Shown piece by piece: positions 12,465-25,910 of a stretch of DNA of 64,000 bases. The stretch comes from Camelus dromedarius (lineage: Eukaryota): contig NC_087436.1 of assembly GCF_036321535.1 (NCBI RefSeq), positions 74,092,001 through 74,156,000 on the forward strand, written 5' to 3'. Within the stretch, counting starts at the first letter, position 1. Each line of letters opens with the position of its first letter. The notes beneath the pieces were generated by a model, which did not search any database, was not told the origin of the DNA, and worked only from the letters and a program-made list of their open reading frames with translations. The position numbers were made by a program, and so were the translations under genes.

Positions 12465-15400
12465 CTAAATATTAAAGAATTAATTAATTAACAATAATAA
12501 GATAATTTTGTGGGAAACAACGTCCCTGGTGATTCCTTTACTGAACCCTGAAGGAGCTCGAGGTCTCATGGGGTAACAGACCAGGGAAAATCTCTCAGAG
12601 AGCAGAGCACAAGGCAAAGAGGAGGAGCAGGTCAGGAAGGAGGAAGGGTGTTTTCACCTGATAGTGACCAAGGGACACTTGACGGAAATGAGCCTTGAAG
12701 CATCTCTGATAAGACTAAACTAGTCTGGGAGGCAGGAGAAGAGGAAGGGTACTCCGGGCCCTGGGAGCACCATCCTTATTGGCCGAGAGTCTTGAGGCGC
12801 CATGGCACATTCTAGGTGAAAGGAAAGTCGTGGCCAGATATGAGAATTAAAACATAGGACAAATCATGAAGGGCCTTTGGTCACGCCAAGCAAGGGGTCT
12901 GGATTTCATCTTGAAAGCTCTAGGGAATCATTAAAGGACTTGGAAGTAGAGGGTAACCTAACTAGACTCTCTGGCTTCCGTGTGGAGAGTGGCTGGATGG
13001 GGACAGAATGAGGTAGAGAACCCAAGTAGAAGGCGGCTTTCCACAGTGCAGGCAAGACACAGCAAGGCTCTGCCCTAAAGCAGAGGCAGTGGTGACAGAA
13101 ACAAGGGCGTGGATTTAAGAGGTATGGTAAGTAAGTAAGAGAGAAGGAGACATCAAAGACTTCTCTTCAGTTTGGGGTTTCAGCAACATTCAAGTAATGA
13201 TGTTGACTTGCAAATACTGTACATGGACTTGGCGTGTGGGAGAGTGTTTTGCTTTAGAGCTCAGGATTTGTGAATCATCCTCATGTGAGATGTGAGTGCT
13301 AGTGAACCCCTGGAGCCAGTGGGATCACCTAGGGTCGGTGAACAGAGTGAAGAGACAAGAGCAAGAAGAGCGCTCTGAAGAAATACTGATATTTAAACGG
13401 AAGACAGAGGGAGTAAAACCTAGTAAGATTTTCAGAAGACGCATGAAGATTTTGGAGTATTATACTCAAGAACCACCCCTGGCTTGGACTGAGGGACAGA
13501 GGCAGTGTGAGATGGAATGAGGCTTTTCCACAAGCAGGCTGAGAAAAGCCACTCAGCTGAAAACATATGCTACCTTTCATGCAAAAGGAAGAAGCACTCC
13601 AAGTCAGACCCAAGCGTCCAGTAGATAGAGCCAAGAACCGCGGAGAACTACTCCCAGGCCTGAGTCCTAATCAGGCAATGGTCACCTCGTGCCCAGCTGG
13701 CTTTTAGAACTGTGACAGACACATGTGCTTATGTTTACTGCTTTTCCAATAGGAGTGTGGGTAGTGGTTATCTTATGCCTGGCTCCCACTGGATGTTGGG
13801 TGTCTCAAGCCTTCAGATAAAGAGGACCTCTACTCAAGGAGCTATATTTAAAGGACTACAATTGAGGAGTTTCATCCATACTTGAATCTAATTTAGATTC
13901 AGTGATTCTGGCGTTTGAGTGAAAGCTACAGTGGGATCAGACTGTTCGGGGACTTTTTAGGGGAGTGAATGTATTTGGCATGTGAGAGAAATGTAAATAA
14001 TTTGTGACCAGAAAGAAAACTGTAGTGGTTTTAAAATATGTCCACAAATTCTTTGATATGCCCTCCTTTAATAGGTGGAGGTTAATTTCCCTTCTATTTG
14101 TAAGAAAGGAGAAACAAGAGTGTATATGTATGTGTATGTGTATGTGTGGCATTTGCTTAATTTTGCAAAAAGGAAACAACGTAAGAATAAGACAGAATCT
14201 CACTAAAGCAGCTATCTATGGGGTATAGGGATGGGTGGAAACAGAATGGAAGAGATAAGAGATGGTAGGAAGACTACTGAACATACCTTTTTATAAAGCT
14301 TTCACCTTTCAGCCAAATACATGTTATACACGTTCAAAAAATAAAATGAACTTGAATACTAACAGCAACAAATAAACCTAGGTGCACAGTAAGTTGATAA
14401 CATAACCTCACAGAGAAAACAGTTCCTTCTAGTAACTTTAGAACACAGCACCTAACTATATGTGAACTTAGTAGATAAGCTGTTAATGAAGTATTGTTAT
14501 AATTCTGAAATGATTTTGTGTGTACTGTAGAAAGAAAAAAATGAGTAAATATTCTGAAGGTTTTTGAAACTTGAGTTTTCACAGTAAGGGAGATTACAGA
14601 TATGGAATGGGGGAAGATGAGGAAGAACCCTATGGTACTGAATTTGAATTTGAACATACAATAAAAAAAATCTAATTCCAAGCTTTAGAAACTGACCGCT
14701 CCTAGACACAATGACATGTCAGTAGCAATATGCACATGACATCTTGGTGTCTGAACACTGCTTTCTACTAAAAGAAACCAGGGCTCCTTAGTGAACGGCT
14801 GATTCTAGGTCTGGTGGAACAGGCAAAGTACAATGTGAGCCTGGAACATTTTGATGTGCCAGGAAGCAATGAAGTGGGTCATGTTTTAAGACAACACAGA
14901 AACTGGCCTAAAGGGGCTGGCCAAATTTGATACAATTGAGCATCAAAAACAACAGTGACAGCAATGCATTCCAGAACTTTGAATCGAAAACAATCTATGG
15001 ATCTATAGTGATAATAATGAAAAGAAAGGTTTTATTTCCTGAAAAATGTAAGCTGATAACTATTCCTAAAATTAGAAAATCATCAATGTAATAATTGATT
15101 CAGGTGAGGATCTTCAATTCTAAAACCATTGGATGAAAGGTTATTTAGTACTAGGATATTCACAAGGTCTCAAAGGGCCTCCTATAGGTGACTTATTAAT
15201 TATAAAGGGGAATTATAACTTTAAATTAGTGAGATCTGGCATTATGCGCTCCCTGAAGTATGATGTAGAAGTATACAATGTCACCTATATAAAACTCTTG
15301 CCAAATGAGTTTAATCTGAATCTAAACATGAGAAACAGTCAGAAAAATCTAGAATGTGGGACATTCCATAATACAACTGGTCTGGACTCTTAATTAAAAG

Positions 15401-17974
15401 AAAATGTTGGTCAAGGGGAACGAGCTCACTGGACTTAGCAAAAAAGAGAAAATCTAGTCACTGCAGCCACAGTGATTTCATTGGAACACTAGGTTCAAAA
15501 GTCCTACGGCAGTAGTTCACAGAGTGAATGGATGGTGAGGATGTGAAGACAGTGAATGCAGACTTGTCTTGCAGAAGGCACAGCTATGAAGGAAGAAGAA
15601 ATAAGGAAGCACAGGTTGAGGAGAAGGTTTTATTTTTTGTTGTTTTGATGTGGTATATTTACTTGTTAGTATTTTTAGACTGGGAGCGATTTAGCATGTT
15701 CACTTTGATGGATAAGTGCAAATGGAAAGGGATGGAAGAAATCAGAGTCAGAGGGGCCCAAGATTCTGCAGAGATTCTGGAGCCAAATCTCTGAGGAGGC
15801 TGAGATGGTGAGAGTGGGAGTGGGAATTAAGGCATGGAAAGCAAATTAAGAAGGTCCCTCCCCCACCGAACTATGAAGAGGCGTGGCTGTGAAAAACAGT
15901 GACATTTTCTCTGGACATTAGGAAATGACGTTATCTGAGAGTGAGAAAGAAGGCGGGAGGGTAAGGGACTAGAGAATGGTATAATTTTGAAATAAGTACT
16001 GTGGGAATTTAGAGAGAGAACTGGCTAAGATCATGAGAAAGATCTCCTCAGCAGCTTCAAGGGCCCAGTCGGGATGGGAGGCTATGACTCTGAAACGGCA
16101 AATTGGTGGAAAATCGACATTTGTGTATTTTCTTCCAGCAGCCCAGTACAAAAATGGAGATGGCAGTCAGCCTGATAAGGACTGGGGTTTTCCTGTAAGA
16201 GTGCAAAGAAGAATAAGAGGAAAAAAAGGAGGTGAGGATCCTGGCAAATAACTGGCTGGAACAATGAATGACGCAAAACAAAGTGAAGACAGGAAGAGGC
16301 TGATAGTTTAAGGGAAAACAACAGGAACCACAGCAGCTGTGCTCCACCTCGGCTGTGAATCAGGGTCATCTGCAGAGCTTAAACACACACGCAGTGGTGC
16401 TCCAGTCCCCCTCCACAGCACTGACTCAGGATCTTCAGGTGAGGGTCTAAGTCATCTAACAGTTCAAAAATCTCAGAAAGTGATTCTGACAGGGGACCAT
16501 GGTTGAGAACCACTACCTTCATGAGGCAGAGAAATCAGTGCTGTAGGAAGAAGGGAGTGAGAGTGCTGGGAGATAGGAGGCTGGACTACACAGGTCCAGC
16601 CCTTCTCGGTCATAAGATCCAAGACAGGGAAGCGAGTAGCTCAAGTACAGGTCAAAACGATTAGAACTAAAAAGGCCTGGAAGCTGCGAGTCTACGTCTG
16701 AGACAGTCATCCACGAGGACAACGACATTACGGGACGTGATGTGTCTGAGGATGGAGCCACAGCCCATGTGCTAAGGACCAGCACCCCTGATGGAGATGA
16801 GGGACCCAGTGCAGGTGGGGAGGTGAGTGAGGGGAACCAGCAGGTTAAGGGGCACAGTTGGGTGGAGGTGGTGATGGCATGAGCAACCTAGGAAGCAGAA
16901 GCTTTTACAAAATAAGGGTGCTAAAAGAAAGGTTTTTAAGGCCAACCAGTGAAACAGCGGAACTGTAACTGAAAAAACAAACTTACAACAGACCCGTAAA
17001 TTCTAGATGCATTCTTTCAGATGACAGCCACAAGACAAGGAAAGCAGCCAGGGCTGTCAGGTCATCTGCCTGACTGCCAGAAAACCCATTCTCTGTCCCA
17101 TCTCTGTCCTGCTGTGTGTTGTAGAGAACTGCTTTTCCCAGGCCCCTGCCCAAACGTTTCTTGGTGGGTTAGCAGAGGGAGGTGCTGGGAAAGATGAGGA
17201 GGCAGGAGGTGGGGAGAAGCTAAGGGACTGCTCCTCTCTCTGGCCTCAGATGGGCTTCGGGCAGTGAGTGTGGCTTCAGCTCCCGCAGGCGGCCGTCCCG
17301 TGGTTCCAGCTCCGGCTTCTAGGCTGTAGAGCAGTTCCTGTTCTCAGGGCCCTGCTAGCCCACAGGCTGGGGCAGCTCCCTGCAGCGGCTCATCTCTGGG
17401 TTGTGTCATTCTCCATGAGGCTTCTCAGCTCTTTCAACACCTGTGTTGTCAGTTCCCTGTGTGAAATGCCACTTATTTACGCTACCTGTTTGTTTTCCTG
17501 CCTGCTATCTTCTGATTGAAATAATTTTCTTTAGAGTTGATGGGGGCCTGAACTAGGACAGTAATCACGGGAATGAAAAAGAAAATGCATTCAAGAGATT
17601 TCTGACAACAGAGGGAGCAGGACCTGGTACCTGACTGGAGGAGGGCAGGGGTGCAGTAAGGGAAAAGAAGCCAAATGATGCAGAGTGCAGGCTTAGAGCA
17701 GACCGAGGAAGAGGAGGCATGTAGATAAACACAGAACATGCTTCAGTGCCTCAATATGAAAGAATCCTCATACCAGAAAAGTAATATAACAGATATGCTA
17801 TTTTTAAAGGACTAAAAAACTTCTTCCTCAAGAAGCAGAATTATAAATCATCTGGTAAACATTCATGACTGAGGTCTGTGCCCTGCAGTTAAAACCAAAA
17901 CGTACTGAAAAAAATAGCAGTTTGTATGAATATTATGAAGACTGCTTAGTTCTAATTTTTCCCCATTTAGTTTT

Positions 17975-18212
17975 TTTTTTATTTTTTTCTTTTTTTAATT
18001 GAGTTATAGTCAATTTACAATGCTGTGCCGAATTCCAGTGTAGAGCACAATTTTTCAGTTATACATGAACATACACATATTTATTGTCGCATTTTTTTCG
18101 CTGTGAGTTACCACAAGATCTTGTATGTATTTCTGTGTGCTATACAGTGTAATCTTGTTTATCTATTCTACATATGCCTGTCAGGATCTACAAATTTCAA
18201 ACTCCCAGTCTG
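17975..18212 (-). mobile_element. Short young L1 3' tail
   Basis: Similar to the 3' end of the 7954-8729 L1. 15-bp TSD TCCCCATTTAGTTTT at 17960-17974 / 18213-18227. Confidence 0.9.
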
Positions 18213-18242
18213 TCCCCATTTAGTTTTATAAAAAACACATAC

Positions 18243-18312
18243 CTGCATTGGATGTAATGCCACTACCTGATAAAAGATCTTCATTATTTGATTCACAAGG
18301 TTTTTGTTCCAT
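18243..18312 (-). CDS. CCDC158: CCDC158 first coding segment (70 nt): MEQKPCESNNEDLLSGSGITSNA(G)
   Basis: ATG at 18312-18310 in strong Kozak context (AATATGG) with an in-frame TAG 15 nt upstream. Donor CAG|gtatgt. Resembles recalled human N-terminus MESKAWESNNEDLLSSSGVTSNG. Confidence 0.92.
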
Positions 18313-18386
18313 ATTAAGTATCTGCTACGTCTTCTTAGAGATCTTGAAGTATGAATGCTTCCCTACTTAGTTCTTTTAGTTCTTAT
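18313..18386 (-). other. CCDC158: 5'UTR part of the CCDC158 ATG-containing exon
   Basis: Acceptor ccctgtctttatag|ATAAGA (AG at 18388-18387). Confidence 0.75.
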
Positions 18387-18839
18387 CTATAAAGACAGGG
18401 ATGCAATCTTTAATAAGGTATTATGAAAAAAGTTCACAGAGGAGGAAATGACTTTGTTCATATTTGAAATTTAGTAATAATTTTTCAACAGGAAAATATT
18501 TACACAGAAAAATTTTATTATCTAAAATTAACAAGTGAACAGAATCTTACTGTAAAATTTGCTTATTTTAATGGCCAAGTAGCTGACTGAAGACAACCTG
18601 AAAATCAAAAACTAACACTTTAATTATTATGAGTATCAACACTCTGATTTGGGGAAGACATTTTCTCTTCTTATGTCTGTCTCTCTCATAAAGTTGTATT
18701 GTCAAATAATAGAAGAAAACACTTCTCAATAAAAATCCACAAATTAGGGGGGAAATCACAAATCAGCAAATTGGAAATCATTAATAAAAGTTTAAAAACT
18801 ACTTTGCTATCACGTAGTGCTCAGAATTTTAGATTATGC

Positions 18840-21800
18840 CAAGAGAGGACTTCTGGTTTGGAGAATATGTGTGGTGACCTGGTTTCAAATCTCCCCCCTC
18901 ATCCTCTGAAAAAAACATAAAATCAACAAGAAGAACAAATACATAAAACCACATGGGCTCCAAGCCTTCGGCATTCCCAGAAGACAGAGAATACCACAAT
19001 CTTCAAATCACCTGTCAGCAGAGGGGAATTTTTTCCAGAAGTGCTCCCACACTCTACCTACCAGCACCACAGGCCTGTGGGTACAGACGACAGGAGAGGA
19101 GAGGTTGAAAAGACTACAAGGAGCAGAGGGCTGAGAGGAAGCACAAAGTCACCTCCAGAAAGTGAACAAGAAAAGCCAGGACACCAAGCACAGGTTGGAA
19201 CTTGACAGTCCAAAGCCGCGGCTGTGCAGAAAGGGCTTGAGAGTGTCAGCCTCAGAGAAGAGTGTTGGGGGAGAATCAGATACGGAGAGAAGAGGTGGTC
19301 TCCCCTGAAGACATGGCAGTAAAGGCAAGAAGGAAATGAGAAGGGAAAAGTCAGGAACCAGCAGAAACAAAAAGAAGCAAGATAGGCCGACAGTCCTCCT
19401 ACCTCTCCCACCCAGCATCACCATCATCCATACAAGAGGAAGCGCAGAAGATGGCTCTGTCAGACGAGGAGTCCTGTCCATGAAAGAAATAGGAATAGAT
19501 AAGCGTAGACCATAGACCACATCCATACAAAACTACCGCAAAATGTCAGGAAATGTGATAAAATCTTTTCTGCTCATGAGAAGTCCCTCCCAACCCCTCC
19601 CCACCAACAAACACGAAGTCAAAGAAAACTGTAACACACACTCCAAACTTTACCAAATATTCCCAAACAAGCACTTGGGGATAAAGTAAAGTCACCCTTG
19701 AATCAGAATTATAAAACCTAAAAACAGAAATGGACAAGAAACAAAACAAGCAAACAAAATGAGAGTTGATTAAATGAAAGAAAGAGAAAAAAAAAGACAA
19801 AATTATATCAGAAATGAAAACCAAATTACAAAGTACAAGGGAGGATAGACATGATGTAAACTTAACAAAGACACTGAAGAAAGTCAGGAAAACAACCAAG
19901 AAGATGAAAACTGAGATACAGAAGAAAAAAGGGTGAGAGAGCAAGTGAATGAGATGGAAACAGGCAAAGGAGGTTGAACACAGCTGGTGTCCCTGAAGAA
20001 AAAAAATCAAAGCAATGAAACAGAACTATTGTTTAAAACTATAAACCAAGGAAGTTTCCTAAAATAAAGCAAAAGACTCAAATCTACACATTTTTCATAC
20101 TAGGGAAAAATCAACCAAGAATGATCAACTCTGAAATACATCCTAATAAAACAATATTAAGACTTTAAAGATTATGAAAAAATTCTCAGGGTCTTCAGGC
20201 AAAAAAGGATGAAATAATTTACAAAGGCAAGAAGATTAGAATGGTATCAGATTATTCAAAAACAATATACAAAGCAGGACAACAGTAAAACAGTGTTTTC
20301 AAGAAATATAAGGAAAGAGAGTACAATTAAGGACATTATATCCAGCCAACACCTCCTTCAAAAGATTCAAAGCCACAGAAAAGCAGTTCTGAATGTGCCA
20401 GAACACGGTACACATGTGCCCCTCCAGGGAACCTACTAGGTGGTGAAGCTTCCTCCAACCAGTAGATGAGCAGCAAACGTGGCAAGGTGGTAACAACTGG
20501 TGAAAATCTCTGGTTTTTCCGTAGGTTTTAAATTTTTCAAAGCAAAATTTGGAAAACAGGTAAGGATGAGTATTTTTTTTAAATGATGACTGGGAAAACT
20601 TTGAAAAAAGACTGATGATGATCACTTAAATATTCAGCTGCAGAGCTGAGACTAAAACATGGGTGGGGCAATGGCACTGAAGAATAACATATCAATATTA
20701 TATATGTGACAAAGGAGAGCAGAAGTAACTAAAGATGGGAAGAGAGAACAAAAGGGAAGGTAGAAGACCACTAGTTGTAAAGAACGCCATTTAAATTTGA
20801 CAAAAAGCAAAAGGGGTTTCTTACTTTAAGAAAAAGGGTTTATAAGTGCAGCATAGACAGCATTAAGGCAAATGTAACTACTAGAAAAAATAAAGAAGAA
20901 ATACTAAATAGACATAGTAAATATAATACATGCAGTAATTACACCATAAGATAATAATGTAATAATAATGTGACAGAATTTAGGCAGTCATATCAATAAA
21001 CCCAAAGGGACTTAACTCGCCTATTCAAAGAATAGGATTTTCAAATTGGCTCTTAAAAAAATTCAACTCTGCTGTACACAGAGGACACTAAAAGGCAATG
21101 ATTCAAAAAGATTACAAATAAAGTGATGGGCAAACATCTGCCAGGCAAATAAAAACAGTAAGAAAGCACCGGTTAAAATCCTGACATCATGCTATACACC
21201 TGAAACCAACATTGCAAATCAACTACACTTCAATAACATTTTTTTTAAAAAATCCTGACACCAAACCAAGTAGTCTTCAAGCCAAAGGGTATTAAATAAG
21301 ACAAAGGGCACTGAAAGTTAAAAGCCACAATCCACAATAAAGATACACTACTTCTGACCCTATGTACCATTTAACACAACAACCACTTAGATGCAGTAAG
21401 AACTGGAAACACAGTAATAATGAGACTTTAACAGGCCATTCAGTAAGTCAAGTGGCCAAAAAATTAAATAAGGATATAAAAGATTTAAATGAAATAATCA
21501 CTAAAGTAGACTTTTTAGATATATATTGAACACTACACTTGGGTAACAGAGAATATACCTTCCTTTCAATTGCACATGGAATATTCATAAAAACCAATCA
21601 TATTCTAGGGCACAAATAAAAGATCAGTAGGTTCCATAAAGTAGAAATGTTACAACCCCCCCCTTCTAGTCACAATGTAATAAAACTAGAAATTAAAACT
21701 CAAAAGCAAAAAGCTCTCTCCACTTGGAAATTAAAGGGCCTTCAATTAAATAACCCTCGTGTAATAAGAGAAATAAAAATATAAATTTTTAAATCTCTGA

Positions 21801-22060
21801 AAAATAATGACAAGGAAAACACCATATATCAGAATCTGAGATACATTAAAGCAATGCAAAGAGGAAAATTTCTAACCTCAAGGTATTTAAACACCTATTT
21901 CTATTTTAAAAGAAGAATGAAAATAAGTGAATGATTTTTAACACAAAAAGGTAGGGGAAAAGAGTATAACAAAAGAAAGCACAATGTTTTCTTCTTAATG
22001 AAGAAAACAGAAAAACAATACATCAAATTAATGAATCAAAATCCTGATTCTTTAAAAAAC
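18840..22060 (+). mobile_element. Ancient degenerate L1 (5' region, ORF1 and ORF2 endonuclease remnants)
   Basis: A-rich strand bias. Sequence near 20985-21050 resembles the ORF2 start (..GLNSPIQR..). Boundaries approximate. Confidence 0.7.
21190..21248 (+). mobile_element. Very short L1 3'-tail insertion
   Basis: TSD AAAATCCTGACA(T/C)CA at 21175-21189 / 21249-21263. Confidence 0.75.
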
Positions 22061-24734
22061 TAGATATAGGCAAGGATCATCAAAATGATGGAAAAAAGAT
22101 CACATATAACATACTGCTTATCATTTTTACATTAATTCACAATGTAAGCACAGTGTTAAATTTTTTTTAAAAAAACCTGTGAGCTAAAAAGATTTTTTTG
22201 GAATAGAATTCCTTTTTATTTCACTCACAGTTTTTCTCTTTAGATTACTGAGGTGCCATCTGTCAAAACTACAATTAGATAAATTCTACCTTAATATGTT
22301 TCGTGCTATCATTTTTAGGAAATAAGTACTAGGTAGGGAGACATTCCATAAAGAATTATAACAAATGGAATGTTAACTCAAGATTGCTAGGCAACTTAAA
22401 CATTCTAAATAGAAGAAACTGCTGTTTGGAAAAAAAAACTCTCATTTAAACAAGTTTTATCATGAATGTTTGCTAAGTAACTTAAACACTAAAATGATGC
22501 ATTTCGAGATTCTTCAGGGTGATGAAAGACACTAAGAAAATGTAAATTACTAAATAATGTTATTACCATAAATTACAGAAAGATCAAAAGCATGAAGGAA
22601 TGAGCAGGACAGGCAGAATCATAGCCCAGCGCTGGGGGACCATACACTAACGCCCTCTGCTTGATACCAGAGTCGTATCAGGAAGAAAACAGAACCTACA
22701 AGCAAGGTAAGCTGAGTGGGAACTAGAAGTTGGAGAAGAGAAAAGAGAAGAAAGGAAAAGGTCTGACTTTGGAATATTCCATATGAAAACCATGTTTTCC
22801 TTTGGCGTAAGATAATGACGATAAACTCATTAATTCAGTATCCAATGACTGGTGGTAGGCCATTGAAGAGCTGCAGTCTTCAGAGGGAAATCTTTTTCTT
22901 GGAAAATTAACAGTTTAAAGAAGACAGCATAGGCTTATTTACTTAAACAAGAATTTAAAACCACCATTTATTCGTAAAGAGGCTTAGCACCTCTATTTGC
23001 CAATGCTGCCAGTTCCTTTATGTACCTTAGGGTAATGAAGCCTGTCTTTAGAAGTATTTGCAATCTAGATTTTTCACTATTTTAGACTGAATATATGGTC
23101 AAATCTTTCTGTGTTTCTCTACTTTCATTACACCATAAGAACTGAAACATTATTCCTATTCTCAGGCATAAAACTTACTAAATTACTAAGGATTCCTGGA
23201 AAAAGGAAGGTCTTTTTGCCTCAGTAAGTTAAAAATTGTGAAAATGCTGTACTTTTTGATTTGGGGATCATAACATGAACTTACATGTGTTTGATTTAAA
23301 TCTCTGAGTGAAGTACACAGATGAGATCTTAGCCTCTTCTAGTATGCCCAAGATTATTAAGAACAATTCTGCCTGATTTAACATTATGGGCAGGTTCACA
23401 CTGAAAGGAGCCTTAAATTTCTGACAGGTAGTAGCTAAGGAAAAGATTCTACTCTGGTTATTTAATTGAAATGTTGCAGGAAAGGCTTTAGAAACCACAG
23501 ACCACAAAAAGAGGACTTTTGGAGGAAAATAATTTATGGGCTTTACTTTTTGTTACACAGTTCACCTACAGGGCTTAGAAGTATTTCCTGGGTTCTTATC
23601 CCTTCTCCTTGGCTCCCAAAAGGCCGTAGTGACTGTGCGCCTGTACTTTCCCTGATGTGAACAGTCCTCACCTTGTCTTCTTTCCTTGTGGCTACTTAAG
23701 GTGGACCTCTCCTGTGACTGGGGTAGAATGTGACAATCTCTGTAGTAAGTCGATTTAGAATCTATGCTCTATTTTGATCAGGAAAGATTCCTTTATAATG
23801 TGTGTTATACTTAGGTTCCTGGATTCATCAACAAATGACTGAAGCCCCTAGGATGCTGAACCACTCTACCTTTCACAGAAGTCTGAGACTAGTGATTTTG
23901 TAAAACTGGTTCGTACTCTCGTAGAACCAGTCTGCAGGTATGTTTTCCTAGGAAATTCTCAGGTACCCCAAGATTGATCCAAACACCACATATCTGGGCT
24001 GGTACAATCTCAGAAATGCAATGAGGAGTTATTGCTGAGCAACCCTTTACTGCCTGAGTTATTGCTAATTGTTACTATTAACTTCACATCACTCCCGGTG
24101 TCTGCTTTCTCAATCACATTCCTTCTCTCTAGATGTTGTCATTGACTGTTAGGGTTCAAATCCTAGCTCTGTGATCTACCATCTCTGTGACCTTGAGGAC
24201 AATATTTAACCTCTGTAAGACTATAAGATGGAGATAGAATATATACCTTAAAAGAGTAAGAGTTAACTGAGATAAGTCACTCAGTCTCACCATACAGTAT
24301 TTGCCTCAATCTATCGGTACACAGTGCCACACAATGGGATAGTAAAACATGAAAATAACAATGCTGTCTTTATAATTTAAGTAGTGTATACCAGCTCACT
24401 TTCTCATAATAAATAGCTCTATCTTTTTATTTATCTAGGAAGAAGATGTAAGTTTCATAAAGGTCCACTAACAGCAAAGTAGATTGAAACTGCATTGAGT
24501 AAATACAGGGACCATTACAATGCAATATAGAATTACTCTATTTAAGATAATCTTCATCAGCACATAATACCATCTCGAAGGGAGGCAGTACAGAAGCAGC
24601 ACATCACTCAGAATCAGGGAACCTAATTTTGTTATTGGTTACCTGTGAAAGCAGGGGCAATCTTTTCACATCTCTGAGCCTCAATTTCTACCATTACTAA
24701 ATGAGATTACAGTTGTGCTTTCCAAACTTTTTTT

Positions 24735-24852
24735 TCTTTTTTTAAAAAATTTTATTTTATTGAGTTATAATCAGTTTACAATGTTGTGTCAATTTCCAGG
24801 GTAGAGCACAATTTTTCAGTTATACATGAGCATACATATATTTATTGTTGCA
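24735..24852 (-). mobile_element. Short young L1 3' tail
   Basis: Same 3'-end family as 7954-8729. TSD TTCCAAACTTTTTTT at 24720-24734 / 24853-24867. Confidence 0.88.
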
Positions 24853-25142
24853 TTCCAAACTTTTTTTAAGCAGTGGAAGCCTTTCTTTGAATCTTCAAAT
24901 CCCAGACTGCACACCCTCCTCTCTGCCCTTGAAACACCTTTATAGATTGCAGAAGGCTCCACTGAGCAGAGTTTGAAAAAAAACACAGAGATAAACCCCT
25001 TGTAATTTTATCATTTCAGATATTCCAGCCTAGGCATTCATCAAGTTCAAGACTTCAAGCTCTAAAATTAGATACAGATTAGTGTATCAGCTGTATATAT
25101 TCACAATTCTTAAATATAACCCAAAAGTAAAATAAGAAATAC

Positions 25143-25185
25143 CTTAATATCTGGATATTCTTATTTTCACTTATCCTATTAACAC
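25143..25185 (-). other. CCDC158: Putative 43-nt non-coding 5'UTR exon of CCDC158
   Basis: Strong acceptor ttttatgtttttcag|GTG and donor AAG|gtattt in unique sequence between the CpG island and the ATG exon. Confidence 0.65.
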
Positions 25186-25833
25186 CTGAAAAACATAAAA
25201 TATTTTAAAATCTGCTTTTTAAAATATAATACTTCATTACCTGAAATTTATTATTTTTAAAAAGTTCAATCAAGTCACAAGTTCATTTTCATCACTTAAG
25301 ATCTTGACAACACCTAAAACACCACAGCAACAGCAACAACTTTAAATCTTTTTTCTTTAGCTTATCTTGCATATGAAAATTTATTTTAATTAATAGCCTA
25401 TGGCACTTAATCTAGGCTATGTTTGTACATCAGAACATGTTCAATTATATGCTCCCTGCTGGTCCAATGCCAATCTTGTTGGTACAGGTCTCACAGACAT
25501 TATCAAGATAACGTAGCAAGTAAACCTACAAGCCCCCCATATCTACATTCCCAGATCTGACCTTTCTCCAGGTACAGCTCACACTGACTTAAATAGATCC
25601 CTGAATGTCTCTGGCCATTTAAACTGTTTTACCCTTCTTAGAGATGCTCTGACCAGAAAACAGATCTTGTGCTTGGTCAGAAAAGTTACTGGGTAGAGGA
25701 ACTTCCATCTGTAAATCAGATATAGGTCTATAAATTTTAAGTAATGGAACTAAGATAAACAACTAGGATTTTTGGAATATCTCAGGGGACTCTACATGAG
25801 CAGATGCCTCACTAGAAAAATGAATGACAATAC

Positions 25834-25910
25834 AAACATGAAAACATTATGTAATACACCTGAAACTGATATAACGTTATATATCAATTATATCTCAACT
25901 GAAAAAAATA
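25834..25910 (+). mobile_element. Very short L1 3'-tail insertion
   Basis: TSD GAATGACAATAC at 25822-25833 / 25911-25922. Confidence 0.75.

Noticed and set aside
19058..20625. Hydrophobic Phe/Leu-rich minus-strand ORFs resembling membrane proteins
   Set aside because: Antisense reading of A-rich L1 remnants.
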